Of a stretch of 64,000 bases of DNA, positions 1 to 13,545 are shown piece after piece (positions within the stretch are counted from its first letter, which is position 1; the number at the start of each line of letters is the position of its first letter). The translations under genes and the position numbers were made by a program. This DNA comes from Anaeromyxobacter sp. (lineage in GTDB: Bacteria > Myxococcota > Myxococcia > Myxococcales > Anaeromyxobacteraceae), in the NCBI GenBank assembly GCA_049840735.1, contig JASGJN010000002.1, forward strand, positions 128,001 to 192,000, given 5' to 3'. A model generated the notes under the pieces. That model searched no databases, was not told the origin of the DNA, and saw only the letters and a list, made by a program, of their open reading frames with translations.

Positions 1-2457
<2,457 letters not shown>

Positions 2458-2460
2458 CCT

Positions 2461-3323
2461 CTAATCCCTTCGCGGCGCAGAAAGTAATGGCCCGGTCGCT
2501 GCTCGCACAACCCTTGGAGCTCGAGGGACAGGAGGCCGGCCAGGGCCGCCCCCGCTCCCATCCCGGCGGCGCTGGCCACCTCGTCGACGTGGCGGGGCCG
2601 GCGCGCCAGCGTCCCCAGGAGCCGCCCGGCCTCGAGCGACAGGGTGGGGAGCGTCTGCTGGGCCTGCACGGCGCCCAGCCCCAGCTCGGCCAGGACGTCG
2701 GCGGCGCAGGTGACCAGCGCCGCCCCCTGCCGGATGAGCCGGTGCGGCCCGGCCGAGAGCGCGTCGCGCGCGTCCCCCGGCACGGCCAGGAGCCGGCGCC
2801 CCTGGGAGCGGGCCCGGCTGGCGGTGATGAGCGCCCCGCTCTTCCCGGCGGCGCGGACCACCACCACCGCCTCGCACATGCCGGAGATGATCCGGTTGCG
2901 CTGCGGGAAGGTCCTCGGCGAGCCGTGGGTCCCGTCGGGCAGCTCCGAGACCAGCGCGCCACCCGCCTGGAGGATCCGGGCGAACAGCGCGCGGTGCTGG
3001 GCGGGGTAGCAGACGTCCACGCCGGTCCCCAGCACGGCCACGGTGTGCCCGCCCGCGTCCAGCGCGCCCTTGTGGGCGGCGCCGTCGATGCCGCGCGCGC
3101 CGCCGGAGACCACCGACACGCCGGCGCGGGCCAGCCCGGCCGCGAGCTCGTGGGCCAGGTCGGCGCCGTACTCGTCGGTGTCGCGGGCCCCCACGATGGC
3201 GACGCGGCGCAGGTCACCGCGCAGGTCGCCGCGGACGCGCAGCTCGCCCGGGCGATCGGGGATCCCGGCGAGCAGCCCTGGGTACGGGCCGTCTCCCGGC
3301 CGGATGGTGCGCGCCACGTCCAT
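2461..3323 (-). CDS. dprA: DNA-processing protein DprA (Smf)
   Basis: VAIVGAR, VSGGARGIDGAAH, FPQRNRIISG, SGALITA motifs and C-terminal winged helix; classic dprA-topA order. As sequenced it reads on into topA; one added C (GGG ATC TAG) restores a stop at 2461. Confidence 0.93.
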
Positions 3324-3515
3324 GGAGGGGGGCCATATACCCGCGGGGTTTCTGAGCGTCAAGCCGAGGCCCCGCGAGCGCATGCATGGGCCGTGCAAGC
3401 GGGAAGGCCCTCCGCGCTGCCGCGGAGGGCCTGAAATGACGCTCGAATCTGCGCTCCGGAGCGGGGCCGCGGCGGGCCCGGGCCGGCGCCCCAGCGAGGG
3501 AGGCGGCCTCTCCCC

Positions 3516-3566
3516 GGGGTGGGGGCCCCTGCGACCGCTGGGGAGGGGCGTCAGCCCCTCGGCGGC
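3516..3566. repeat. Partial copy of the multi-hairpin REP-like element
   Basis: ggggtgggggcccc...ggggaggggcgtcagcccctcggcggc matches 25021-25070. Confidence 0.6.
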
Positions 3567-3585
3567 CGCGGAAGCCCCCGTGCGA

Positions 3586-4938
3586 TCACTCGGCCGAGCC
3601 CACGGCCGTCCGGGCCGCCCTCATCTCGACCCGGTCGCCGACCTCCAGCTCCACGATGCTGCGCGTGACCATGGCCGCAGAGGCGTTCTCGCGGACGTCC
3701 ACGATGAGCAGCTCGCCCACCACCTCGCGCGGGAAGCGGTCGTCCCAGGCGCGGACCGCGTCCATGGGGCGGCCGTAGGGGTCGCCGGCGCGGATCACCT
3801 GGAACTTGTTCCCCTCCTCGACGCCGTCGGCCTTGCCGCGGTCGATGAACACCACCTGCGTCTCGGCCAGCTGCGTGACCTGCGCGGTCGGCGAGGCCAT
3901 GATCACGCCGGCCAGGTCGCGGCCGTTGGGCTTGGCCGGCACCGGGCGGAAGATCTTCTCCGTCCAGGGGCCGAGCAGGGCGCCGCGCTCGATGCTGTCC
4001 ACGGCCACCACGATGTCGATGGTGACGGCCTTGTCGTCCACCGCCACCACCTTGCCCGCGCCCAGCACGTCCGACTGGTACCCGAAGAGCTCCCCCGTCA
4101 CCGGGTGCTTCACCGGCTGCACGGTCCGGTAGATGAGGTAGGTCTCCCCCACCTTCACCTCCGCCTTGTCCTTGAACTGGGCGTAGGCGCGGTCGTACGC
4201 CGAGAGCATCGACTTCTCGGCGAAGGCGGCCTTGATGGTGCCGGACTCGTCCAGCTCACGCGGGGTGACGAAGGTGGCGCGGGCAGCGTAGAGGGTGCGG
4301 GTGGGGGCCTGGCCGATCTTGTACGGGCCGGCCACCTGGACCGCGTCCTGCTCCTCGGCGCTCGGCCCCTGCTTCAGCAGGTCGGCCTTGGAGAAGTCCT
4401 CCAGCTCCTTCGGCGCGGCGACCGGCGCCTCCTCCTCGACGGGCGCGGCCTCGGCCACCGGCTCGACCTGCATCGGGCCCTGATCCGGCGCCGGGTAGAA
4501 CCGCAGCAGGTTGCCGGGCTCGATCCAGTGCGGGTTGGTGATCTGCGGGTTGTAGGACCAGACCTTGGGCCAGTACCAGGGATTGTTGAGGAAGCGGCCG
4601 GAGAGGTCCCAGAGCGTGTCGCCGGGCCGGACGGTGTACGTGTCCGGCGGCGGCACCGTGCCCCGGCCCGCGTCGGCGGCGGTGGCCCCGCCCTCCTGCG
4701 GCGCCATCCGCACCTCGACGTCGGTCGGGACGGCGGGCCTGCCGGTCCCGTTCCCGGAGGCGGCGGCCGCGTCGGCGGCGTTCATCACCCGGGCGTGGCC
4801 TGCGTCCGACGTCTTCTGCGTGTCGCGCGCGGCGTTGAGCGCGTTGACCTGCGCCCGCGAAGCGGTGGGGACGAGGGCCGCCAGCGCCAGCGCCGCGAAG
4901 GCGGAGGTAGAGAGGACCGCGTCGTGCTTGCGGGTCAT
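3586..4938 (-). CDS. tsaP: LysM peptidoglycan-binding protein, TsaP-like (type IV pilus secretin-associated)
   Basis: Signal peptide; LysM YTVRPGDTLWDLSGRFLNNPWYWPKVWSYNPQITNPHWIEPG; adjacent to dprA, as tsaP commonly is. Confidence 0.8.
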   Translation of the reverse strand: MTRKHDAVLSTSAFAALALAALVPTASRAQVNALNAARDTQKTSDAGHARVMNAADAAAASGNGTGRPAVPTDVEVRMAPQEGGATAADAGRGTVPPPDTYTVRPGDTLWDLSGRFLNNPWYWPKVWSYNPQITNPHWIEPGNLLRFYPAPDQGPMQVEPVAEAAPVEEEAPVAAPKELEDFSKADLLKQGPSAEEQDAVQVAGPYKIGQAPTRTLYAARATFVTPRELDESGTIKAAFAEKSMLSAYDRAYAQFKDKAEVKVGETYLIYRTVQPVKHPVTGELFGYQSDVLGAGKVVAVDDKAVTIDIVVAVDSIERGALLGPWTEKIFRPVPAKPNGRDLAGVIMASPTAQVTQLAETQVVFIDRGKADGVEEGNKFQVIRAGDPYGRPMDAVRAWDDRFPREVVGELLIVDVRENASAAMVTRSIVELEVGDRVEMRAARTAVGSAE

Positions 4939-5783
4939 GGAACACTCCTTGCCGGGACGTCGCGCGGCGAGTCCTCGCCGTCGCTCCCGGAGATCGTCGA
5001 GAGGCGGGCCCCGGCGCGGGTCGCGGCCGGGGAGTCGGGGTAATCGGTCGTCAGCCGCTTGAGCAGCCGGGCCTCGCCGGTGCCGTCGCCGCGGGCCGCG
5101 GCGCACCGGGCCTGGCGCTCCAGGGCGTCCGGGAGCGCGTCGCCGGCGGGGTACTCGTCCGCCACCCGGCGCGCCAGGGTGCAGGCCGCGTCGTCCCGAT
5201 CCGCCTCCTGGTAGGCGGCGGCCGCCTCCAGCAGCGCGTTGTCGGCGGCGGGGTGGCGCGGATAACGCTTGGTGAAGTCCTCGAGGGCGTGGGCGCGATC
5301 CAGGCCGCCCTGCCCGCGGGCGGCGGTCAGCTCGGCCTCGGCCTGCGCGGACACGCCGGGGCCGCGCGGCGCGGCGCCGCCGCCCAGCCGCGACAGGTCC
5401 GGCTCGGCCATGGCGACGGTGGTCGGCACCGCGGGCGCCGCGCGCGCCTGCTTGCGCTTGCCGCCGGCCGGCGGCGCCACCTTCACCACCGCGAGATGCG
5501 GCGGGATCACCGGCGCGTCCGCGGCCGGCGCGGCCTGGGCCCCGGCGGCCGGCGCAGCCGCGGCGCGCGGCTCGGGCTGCCCCCGGGTCAGCCGGGCGGT
5601 CAGGATGTCGACCCGGCCGGAGAGCTCCTCCAGGCGCGCGGCCAGCGCCTCGTTCTCGTGGCGCAGGGCCTGGACCTCGCTCCGGAGCGAGGCCGATTCG
5701 TCGCGCGCGCCGGCCCCGGCGGGACCGGCGCAGCCGGCCAGGAGGAGGACGGCCGCGCAGGCCTCTCGAGCGAAGGATCCCAA
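4935..5783 (-). CDS. Coiled-coil/TPR lipoprotein, CpoB/YbgF-like
   Basis: Lipobox LLAGC, coiled coil, TPR-like FTKRYPRHPAADNALL...DYPDSPAA; start codon uncertain (TTG 5783 assumed). Confidence 0.7.
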   Translation of the reverse strand: MGSFAREACAAVLLLAGCAGPAGAGARDESASLRSEVQALRHENEALAARLEELSGRVDILTARLTRGQPEPRAAAAPAAGAQAAPAADAPVIPPHLAVVKVAPPAGGKRKQARAAPAVPTTVAMAEPDLSRLGGGAAPRGPGVSAQAEAELTAARGQGGLDRAHALEDFTKRYPRHPAADNALLEAAAAYQEADRDDAACTLARRVADEYPAGDALPDALERQARCAAARGDGTGEARLLKRLTTDYPDSPAATRAGARLSTISGSDGEDSPRDVPARSVP

Positions 5784-5817
5784 GGTCCGGAAAATTCTAG
5801 AGGACTCGCGCTTTTCG

Positions 5818-6570
5818 TCAAGGAACGGGCCCCCCGGCGGTCGGGTCGGGTGGGGCGATGAAGGCAACCTGGCGCCCCGTCCGCCCTGCGTCGCGCCGGT
5901 GGGAGAAGAACTCCGCCGCCTCGCAGGAGGTGCAGCGCCCCAGCACCTCCACGCGATCCGGCGCCAGCCCCGCCGCGGCCAGGACGGCGCGGTTGGACGC
6001 CCAGAGGTCGAGGTGGGGGCGCTCCCCTCCCCGCACCACCGGCCCCAGCTCCGCCGCGAAGCGCGCCGCCAGCTCCGGCGACACCTCGTAGCAGCAGGGG
6101 CCGATGGACGGGCCGATGGCGGCCAGCAGCCGCGCCGCCGGGGCGCCGGTGGCCGCCGCCAGCGCCGCCACCGCCTCGCGCGCCACCCCAGCGATGGTCC
6201 CGCGCCAGCCGGCGTGGACCGCCGCCACGGCGCCGGTCTCCGGATCGGCCAGCAGCACCGGGACGCAGTCCGCCACCGCCACGCACGCCGCCAGGCCGGG
6301 CCGGGTGGACAGGACCGCGTCCGCCTCCTCGCGCGGCGCCCCGGGCGCGCCGGCCGGCACCACCCGGGCGCCGTGCACCTGCTTCACGCGCGCGAAGGCC
6401 AGGCCGGTGGCCTGCTCCAGCAGGCGCCAGTTCTCAGCCACGCGCGCCGGATCGTCCCCGACCGCGCCGCCCAGGTTGAGCGAGGCCCAGGGCCCGGGCG
6501 ACGCGCCGCCGGAGCGGGTGGTGAAGCCGTGCGGGAAGGCGGCCAGTAGCGGGGCGCGGACCAGATGCAT
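5818..6570 (-). CDS. pgeF: Peptidoglycan editing factor PgeF (YfiH family)
   Basis: HGFTTRSGG, QVHG, ADCVPVLL, HAGWRG, GPSIGPCCYEV, FFSHRR motifs. Confidence 0.93.
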   Translation of the reverse strand: MHLVRAPLLAAFPHGFTTRSGGASPGPWASLNLGGAVGDDPARVAENWRLLEQATGLAFARVKQVHGARVVPAGAPGAPREEADAVLSTRPGLAACVAVADCVPVLLADPETGAVAAVHAGWRGTIAGVAREAVAALAAATGAPAARLLAAIGPSIGPCCYEVSPELAARFAAELGPVVRGGERPHLDLWASNRAVLAAAGLAPDRVEVLGRCTSCEAAEFFSHRRDAGRTGRQVAFIAPPDPTAGGPVP

Positions 6571-6670
6571 GGGCCGTTCCCTCATAACCCGGCGCGCGCC
6601 GCGCGTCCGCCCCGGCGCGCAGCCCCGCTTGATCGGCCCCGGTCCGGCGGCTACCCTCTCCGGCTCCTCT

Positions 6671-8166
6671 ATGCTGCATCACATCCGCCGCTCCCTGGGT
6701 CGCAAGCTGCTGGTGGCGGTCGGCCTGCCCTCCCTGGTCTTCGCGCTGGTGCTGGTCCTGTGGCTGCGCGGGACCGCGCACGCCGCCTCCCCCCGCCTGG
6801 ACGGGACCTTCCACGCCGCGCTGGCCGTGGTGCTGGTCTTCTTCGCCGCCATGGTCGGCACCTCCGTGCTCGCCCTGCGGCTCCTGCTGCACCGGCCGCT
6901 GCAGCGGCTGGAGGCCGGGCTGCGGCGCGCGCGGGAGGGCGACTTCCTGCACCGCGTGCCGGTGGAGACCGAGGACGAGCTGGGGCGGCTGGCCAGCGAC
7001 TTCAACACCACCCTGGCCGCCATCACCGACCTGCACGCGGCGCGCATCGACGACCAGGCGCTGATGGCCTCCATGCAGCGCGAGCTGGCGCTGACGCAGG
7101 CGCTGGAGGCGCGCGTCCGCGAGCTGACGCTGCTCTTCGACCTCTCCCGCCGGCTGGTGGCCACCCTGGAGCTGGACAGGCTCATCGCCACCGTGACGGA
7201 GCTGATCGGCCGCGGCCTGGGCGATCACGCCTTCGCCCTCCTGCTGGTGGAGCCGCCCACCGGCGAGCTGGTGGTCCGCGGCGTCTCCGGGCTGGACGCG
7301 TCGGTGATCGGGACCCGCATCGGCGCCGGCGAGGGGCCGGCGGCCTGGGCGATCCACGACCGGGCCACGGTCAAGGTGGACGACACCAGCACCGACCCGC
7401 GCCGCCCGGTGCTGCCCTGGCAGAACCACGCGGCCGGCTCGATCCTGGCGGTCCCGCTCATCCACCAGGCGGCCTGCGCCGGCGTGCTGGCCTTCTTCCG
7501 GCCGGCCACCTCGGCCTTCCCGGACGACGAGGTCCGGCTCCTCGAGGCGGTGGCCGGCCAGGCCGCCATCGCCATCGAGAACGCGGTCCTGCACCAGGAG
7601 ATGGTGCGCCTCTCGCAGACCGACGCGCTGACGGGCGTCCAGAACCGGCGGGCGCTCTTCGCGCGGCTGGAGATGGAGCGGGAGCGGAGCGAGCGGTTCG
7701 AGCACCCATGGGCCTGGCGCTGCTGGACGTGGACCACTTCAAGGCGGTCAACGACCGGTTCGGCCACTCGGCCGGGGACGCCATCCTGTGCAAGGTCGCG
7801 GAGGCGCTCTCCGGCGCCGTGCGCAAGGTGGACCTGGTGGCGCGCTACGGCGGCGAGGAGTTCGCGGTGGTGCTGCCGCGCGCCGACCGGGCCGCCGCGG
7901 CCGCCGCGGCCGAGAAGCTGCGCGCGGCCGTGGCCCAGGCGCTGATCGGCCCGGACCCGGCGGCGCCGGTCACGGTCTCGGTGGGCGTGGCCAGCTGGCC
8001 GGTGGACGGCGCCGACCTGCCCACGCTGGTGGACGCGGCCGACGCGGCGCTCTACGCCGCCAAGCGCGCCGGCCGCAACGTGGTCCAGGTGCACGCCCCC
8101 GGCATGCGCGTGCACCCGGGCCGCAAGCGCGACGTGAAGACCACCGCGGACGCCGACGCGGGGTAA
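6671..8166 (+). CDS. Membrane diguanylate cyclase (2TM-HAMP-GAF-GGDEF), frameshift near 7705
   Basis: Two TM segments, HAMP (EDELGRLASDFN), GAF, TDALTGVQNRR, then DVDHFKAVNDRFGH and RKVD...YGGEEF (RxxD I-site plus active site) in the next frame; break at a C run. Confidence 0.9.
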
Positions 8167-8260
8167 CGGCGGGGTCGCCGGCGCCCAGCTCGAGCTTCAC
8201 GGCTTGGGCCTTGTCCGAGGAGAGGAGCGAGACGCGGCCGCCGCGGCCTGAACGCGGCCG

Positions 8261-8304
8261 GTCACCCTGAGCGTAGCGGCGCATAGCGCCGCGAAGTCGA
8301 AGGG
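8261..8304. repeat. Short palindromic REP-like unit (GTCACCCTGAGCG...GAAGTCGAAGGG type)
   Basis: gtcaccctgagcgtagcggcgcatagcgccgcgaagtcgaaggg with internal hairpin gcggcgc-ata-gcgccgc, between convergent genes. Confidence 0.55.
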
Positions 8305-8337
8305 CGCCCCCTCCCCCAGGTTCCCTGGGGCCCCCAA

Positions 8338-8742
8338 CCCATCCCTACTCATGCTCCCCGCGCGCTGCCCGCCGGCACCGGCGGAGTGTCTCGCGGGGGT
8401 TGCACCCCCGCCCCGCCGGCGAAGCCGTCGGGGCCCCACCCCTGCTGCGGCGGAGCCGAGCGCGCTGCGGCCTCCGGCCTTGCGCGCTTTCCGCCGACGA
8501 GGGGGCTACGCCCCCTCCCCATCCCTACTCATGCTCCCCGCGCGTGCCCGCCGGCACCGGCGGAGTGTCTCGCGGGGGTTGCACCCCCGCCCCGCCGGCG
8601 AAGCCGTCGGGGCCCCACCCCTGCTGCGGCGGAGCCGAGCGCGCTGCGGCCTCCGGCCTTGCGCGCTTTCCGCCGACGAGGGGGCTACGCCCCCTCCCCA
8701 TCCCTACTCATGCTCCCCGCGCGTGCCCGCCGGCACCGGCGG
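8338..8742. repeat. Tandem repeat, ~179-180 bp unit x 2.25; unit = aglZ 3' end + multi-hairpin REP-like element
   Basis: atccctactcatgctccccgcgcg restarts at 8341, 8521 and 8700; units nearly identical. Confidence 0.95.
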
Positions 8743-11700
8743 CTCCTCGCGGGCGGCTCGCCCCTTGGCGCGGGCCAGCTCAATCTCCAGCGCCTTCTCC
8801 CGGCGGGCCCCCTCCTGCAGCGCGCCCTGCAGCCGCTGGACCTCCTGGGCGCGCAGGGCGTCGCGGCGCGCCAGCTCCTCGCGGAAGCGCGCCTGGGCCT
8901 CCTCGACCGCGCGCACCGCCCGCGCGTCGGCCTCGCGCCGCCCGGCGCCGGCCTGGTCGGCCCGCCGGGCCGCCTCCGCCGCGCGCGTCTCGGCCGCGGC
9001 CGCGCGCGCGGCCAGCTCCTTCTCCGCGCGGGCCCGGGCCTGCCCGGCCGCGGACAGCTCGGCCTCCAGCTCGGTGACCCGCTGCCGCGCCGGGGCCAGC
9101 GCCGCGGCGTCCCGCCCGGCCGCCTCCAGGCGGCCGGCCACCTCGGTGGCCCGGGCCTCGGCCCGCGCCGCGCGCGCCGTCAGCTCGGTCTCGATCCGCT
9201 GCCGATCGCGGTGCGCCGCGGCCAGGGCCGCCTCCAGCTCCTCCAGGCGGCGCTCGGCGCGCCCGGCGCGGTCGGCCGCCCCCGCCGCCTCGGTCCCGGC
9301 CTGCGCCAGCTTCGCCTCCAGCGCCGCTGCGCCCCGCTCCGCCGCCTCGCGCGCCGCGGCCAGGTCGCTGGCCCGCGACTCCTGCTCGGACAGGCGCCGG
9401 CGCAGCTCCTCCTGGCGCGCCGCGGCCGCCTCGGCCTGCGCGAGCTCGCGCCGCTCGGCCGAGGCCAGCGCCTCGCCCCGCGCCGCCAGCTCCTGTTGCA
9501 GCGCCTCCTCGCGCCGGGCGCGCTCCTGGGCCAGCTCCTCGAAGCGCGCGTGCAGTCCCTCGGCGGCCTCGGTCTTGCGGGCCAGCTCGGCCAGCAGCTC
9601 GTCCTCGCGCCGCGCCGCCTCGGCCTGGGCCGCGGCCAGCCGGGCCCGCCCCTGCGCCTCGGCCTCGGCGGACGCGGCCGCCGCGTGGGTCAGCTCCGCC
9701 TCCAGCCGCGCCTGGGCCTCCTCGGCCCGCTCGCGCCGGGCGGCCGCCCCGCGCAGCTCCTCGGCCAGGCCGGCCCGCTCGGCGCCCAGCGCCTCCAGCT
9801 CGGCGGCCAGCGCCGTCCGCTCGCCCTGCGCCGTGTCGCGCTCCTGCGAGGCCTGCGCCAGCAGCGCCGCCAGCTCGTCGCCGCGCGCCTGCAGCCGGGC
9901 CGCCTCCGCCGCCTGCTCCGAGGCGTGGACCATCGCCCCCTGCCGCGCCTCGGAGAGCTCGCCCTGCAGCCGGTCCACCTCGCGGCGCGCCGCCGCCAGG
10001 AGCCCGTCCTGCCCCTCGATCCGCCCCCGCAGCTCGCCCACCGCCTGCTGCATCTCGCGGGAGAGCGCCTCGGTGGCCTGGCGCGCGTGGGCCAGCTCCT
10101 GCTCCAGCCCGGCCGCGCGGGCCTCCTGCGCCCCGGCCCCGGCCACGGCCGCCGCCAGCTCCGCCTCCACGGCGCGCACCCGCTCCGCCCGCGCCAGCGC
10201 CTCCTGCGTCAGCTCCGCCTCGCGCCGCTGCGCGGCCCGCCCGGCCTCGGCCAGCGCCTCCTCCAGCCGCGCCGCCTCCACCGCCAGCCGGCTGCGCCCG
10301 GCCTCGGCCTCGGCGCGCGCAGCCTCCAGCGCCGCCCGCCCCTCGGCCGCGCTCGCCTCCAGCGCCGCCGCCCGCGCCCGGGCCTCCTCCGCCGCGGCCC
10401 AGGCCTCGGCCGCGCGGGACCGCCCGTCCGCCTCCGCCTCGGCCAGCCGCGCCGTCAGCCGGGCCACCTCGGCGCGGCCGGACTCGGCCGTGTCGGCGTG
10501 GCTGCGGGCCCGCGCCTCCGCGTCCCCGAGCGCCTGCTCCAGCTGCGCCCGCGCCGCCGCCAGCGCCCCGGCCTCGGCCCGCGCGCCCTCGGCCCCCTGC
10601 CGCGCCTCGGCCAGCGCCGCCTCCGCCGCGGCCCGCTCCGCCTCGCGCCCCTCCAGCGCCGCGCGCAGCGCGTCGCGCTCTCGCCCGGCCCCGTCCGCCT
10701 GGGCCCGCTCGCGCTCCAGCTCGTCGCGCAGCCCGTCGCGCTCGGCGGCCAGCACGGCCGCGCGGGCCTCCAGCTCGGCCCGCTCCGCGCCGGCCGCACC
10801 CAGCGCCCGCCGCCCCTCCTCCTGCGCGGCCGCGGCGGCGGCCTGGGCCGCCTCCAGCGCCTGCCGCACCTCGGCGGACGCGGCCTCGGCCTGGGCCAGC
10901 CGCGCCGCGCCGGTCGCCGCGGCCTCCGCCGCCGCCCGCTCCACCGCCTCGCGCTCCGCGGCCGCCTCGGCCCGGACCCGCTCCGCCTCCTCGCGCCCGT
11001 CCGCCTCCGCCGCGGCCAGCTCCTGCGCCAGCCCCTCGATCTCCGCCTCCAGCGAGCCGATTTGCTGCAGGTGGTCCTGCACCTCGCGGGAGAGGTCGTC
11101 CTCGCGGGCGCGGGCGGTGTCGCGGAAGCGCCGGTACTCCTCGTCCAGGAGCGCGTGGCGCGCCTCGCGGTCGCGGATGGCCCCCTCGCGCTCCTCGATC
11201 CGCCCCTGCAGCAGCTCGGCCGTCTCGCGCGCCGTGGCCTGGGCCCGCTCGCGCCCGGCCTCGGCCGCGGCGAGCTGGGCCGCCAGCTCCTGCGCCCGGG
11301 CCTCGCCGGCGCTCCGCTCGCGCTCCGCCTCGGCCAGCGCCGCGTCGCGCGCGGCGGCCAGCTGGGCGGCGGCGGCCGCGGCCTCCGCCTGCCGGGCCTC
11401 GGCGGCCCGGGCCTGCTCCTCGGCGGCCGCGCGGGCCGCGGCCAGCTCGCCCTCCACCGCCCTGCGGGCGGCCTGCTCCGCCTCGAGCCGCGCGGCCGCC
11501 TCGCGCGCGGCCTCCTCCGCCGCGGCCGTGGCCGCGGCCAGGCGCGCCTCCAGGGCCGAGAGCTCGTCGGCGCGGCGGGCGATCTCAGACTCCAGCTCGC
11601 GCTCGCGGGCGTCCGCGGCGGCGGCCTCGACGCGGGCCTGCCGGTCCAGCCGGGCGATCTCCTCCTGCGCCCCGTCCAGCGCCAGCTTGCGCTGGGCCAG

Positions 11701-12697
11701 GTCGTCGTCGCGGCGGCGGACCTCGCGCTCCAGCTCGTGGATGCGCCGCTCGCTGGCCGCCACCACCTCGATGAGCGCCTTCTCCTGGCTGAACTTCTCC
11801 AGCAGCAGGCCGTCCACCGAGGCGCCGTACTCGCGCTCCTTCTCGACGAACAGGTCGCGCGCCTCGGCCAGCCGGCGCAGCAGGTCCTCCACCTGGACCT
11901 TGAGCCCCTGCGCCTCCACGTCGCGGGCGTGGATGCGCTCGTCGAAGGTGCCCAGCTCCCGCTCGCGCACCTCCCAGAATCTCCGACAGGCGGGCGATCT
12001 GGGCCTCGCGCCAGCGCAGCTCCTCGCGCAGCAGCTCCGCCCGCCCCTCCGGCGTCTGCAGCTGCTCGCGCCGCGGGGGCGGCCGGCGCCGGTGCGCCTC
12101 GGCCACCAGCGCGTCGCGGTGCTCGGAGACCGACTGGAAGACCCGGTCGGCGAAGAGCCGATCCTCGTCGGTGACGGCGTGCCGGACCGGGCGGCGCGGC
12201 ACCGGCGGCGGCGCCTCGCCGGCGGGGAGCGCCGGGGGCGCAGCCTCGGCCGCCGCGGACGGCCCGGCGGCCTCGTCCTCGACCAGCACCGCGTCGTCGG
12301 CGCTCTCGACCGGCTCCTCGGCGGCCAGGATCCGGGCGGCCAGCTTGCGCAGCGCCTCGGTGTCGAGCGGCATGGCCAGGTAGCCGTTGGCGGCCCAGGG
12401 CGTGCGGGCGTGCTCGGCCAGCGACTCCGGGGGCGTGTCGGAGGAGTAGAGGATCACCGGCAGGCTGGCCGTGACCCGGTCGTGACGGAGGCGGGCGCAG
12501 AGCGAGAAGCCGGACAGGTCCGGCAGCTCGGCCCGGATCACCACCAGCCCGGGACGGCGGGTGGCGATCTCCAGCTCGGCCTCGGCCGCGCTGGCCGCCA
12601 CGCGGGTGAGGCAGCCGTCCGCCTGGAAGAGCGCGGCCAGCGAGAGGGCGAAGCCGTGATCGGACTCGACGACGAGGACGCGCTTCGGAGTGTCCAT
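8704..12697 (-). CDS. aglZ: AglZ-like protein: atypical receiver domain + ~1100-aa coiled coil; frameshift at 11977-11981
   Basis: N-terminus KRVLVVESDHGFALSLA...VIRAELPDLSGFSLC...LAEHARTPWAANGYLAMP resembles Myxococcus AglZ; long Ala/Glu/Arg heptad tail; removing one base gives SEIWEVRERE and joins the two ORFs. Confidence 0.8.
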
Positions 12698-12942
12698 GGA
12701 AGGGGTTCCGGGGTGCACCCGCCGGGCAGCCGAGTGTACTGCCGGCGCCCACGCCAATCTAGCCATGCCCGCAGCCCGGGCCCGGGCGCGGTGATCCAGC
12801 GCACTTCCGCCTGCACCGGAGCAGCCCCGGACGGCCCGGCACGCCCCGCAAGGCTGGCCGGTGGCGCGGGCCGAGGGATTGCGCCAGGCGCCGCCGGAGC
12901 GAACCGTGAGCGGGCCCCGATTCCACCGGGAGCGGAACCTGG

Positions 12943-13539
12943 ATGCCCTTCGCCGCCATCGCCCTGGCCGCGGCCCTCGCCGCCCCCGTCGCCCCGCCCC
13001 AGGAGAACCTGCTGCGCGGGCCGGCCCGCTGCGTGCTGCGGTACCTGGAGGCGGTGCGGCTGGCCGGGCCGCGCGCCGCGGAGCTCCGCCCCGCCCCGGG
13101 CCGCGGGAGGGCCGCGCCCATCCCGGACCGGCCGCAGGCCTACGCCGCCGCCAACCGGCTCCTGGCCCCGCGCGCGCTGGAGGCGGCGGCGCGGCCCGGG
13201 GGGAGCGGCGCGCCGCACCCGCTGGCGCCCTGGACCGAGGCCGCGGGCGGCGCGGTGCTCGAGTCCTTCCAGCTGCAGGGCGTGCGCCGGGCCCCGCGCG
13301 GCGCGGCCGTGGTCACCGTGCGTGAGCGCTGGTGGCGCCCGGGGCCGGAGGACGGCGAGCTGGCCCGGTCGGTGAGCGAGATCCTGGTGGCGCGCGTGGA
13401 CGGGGAGTGGCGGGTCATCGACCGCCGCCCGGGGCGGACCTTCCGCGACGCCGAGATCGCCGACGGCTACGCGGGCTGGTTCGACGAGGCGGGCCCGCCG
13501 CGCGCGCGCCCCGTGCCCTCCGCCGCGCCCGGGCGGTAG
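12943..13539 (+). CDS. Hypothetical secreted protein
   Basis: Hydrophobic N-terminal signal, GC-rich third positions, fills the gap before the moxR stop. Confidence 0.65.
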   Translation: MPFAAIALAAALAAPVAPPQENLLRGPARCVLRYLEAVRLAGPRAAELRPAPGRGRAAPIPDRPQAYAAANRLLAPRALEAAARPGGSGAPHPLAPWTEAAGGAVLESFQLQGVRRAPRGAAVVTVRERWWRPGPEDGELARSVSEILVARVDGEWRVIDRRPGRTFRDAEIADGYAGWFDEAGPPRARPVPSAAPGR

Positions 13540-13545
13540 CGGCGA

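Noticed and set aside
8338..8742. CRISPR array
   Set aside because: The would-be spacers are identical to each other and ~134 bp long, the repeat is a gene end, and no cas genes are in the window.
8351..13375. 1674-aa and 1262-aa plus-strand ORFs
   Set aside because: Antisense shadows of the GC-rich aglZ coiled coil; low complexity, no motifs.
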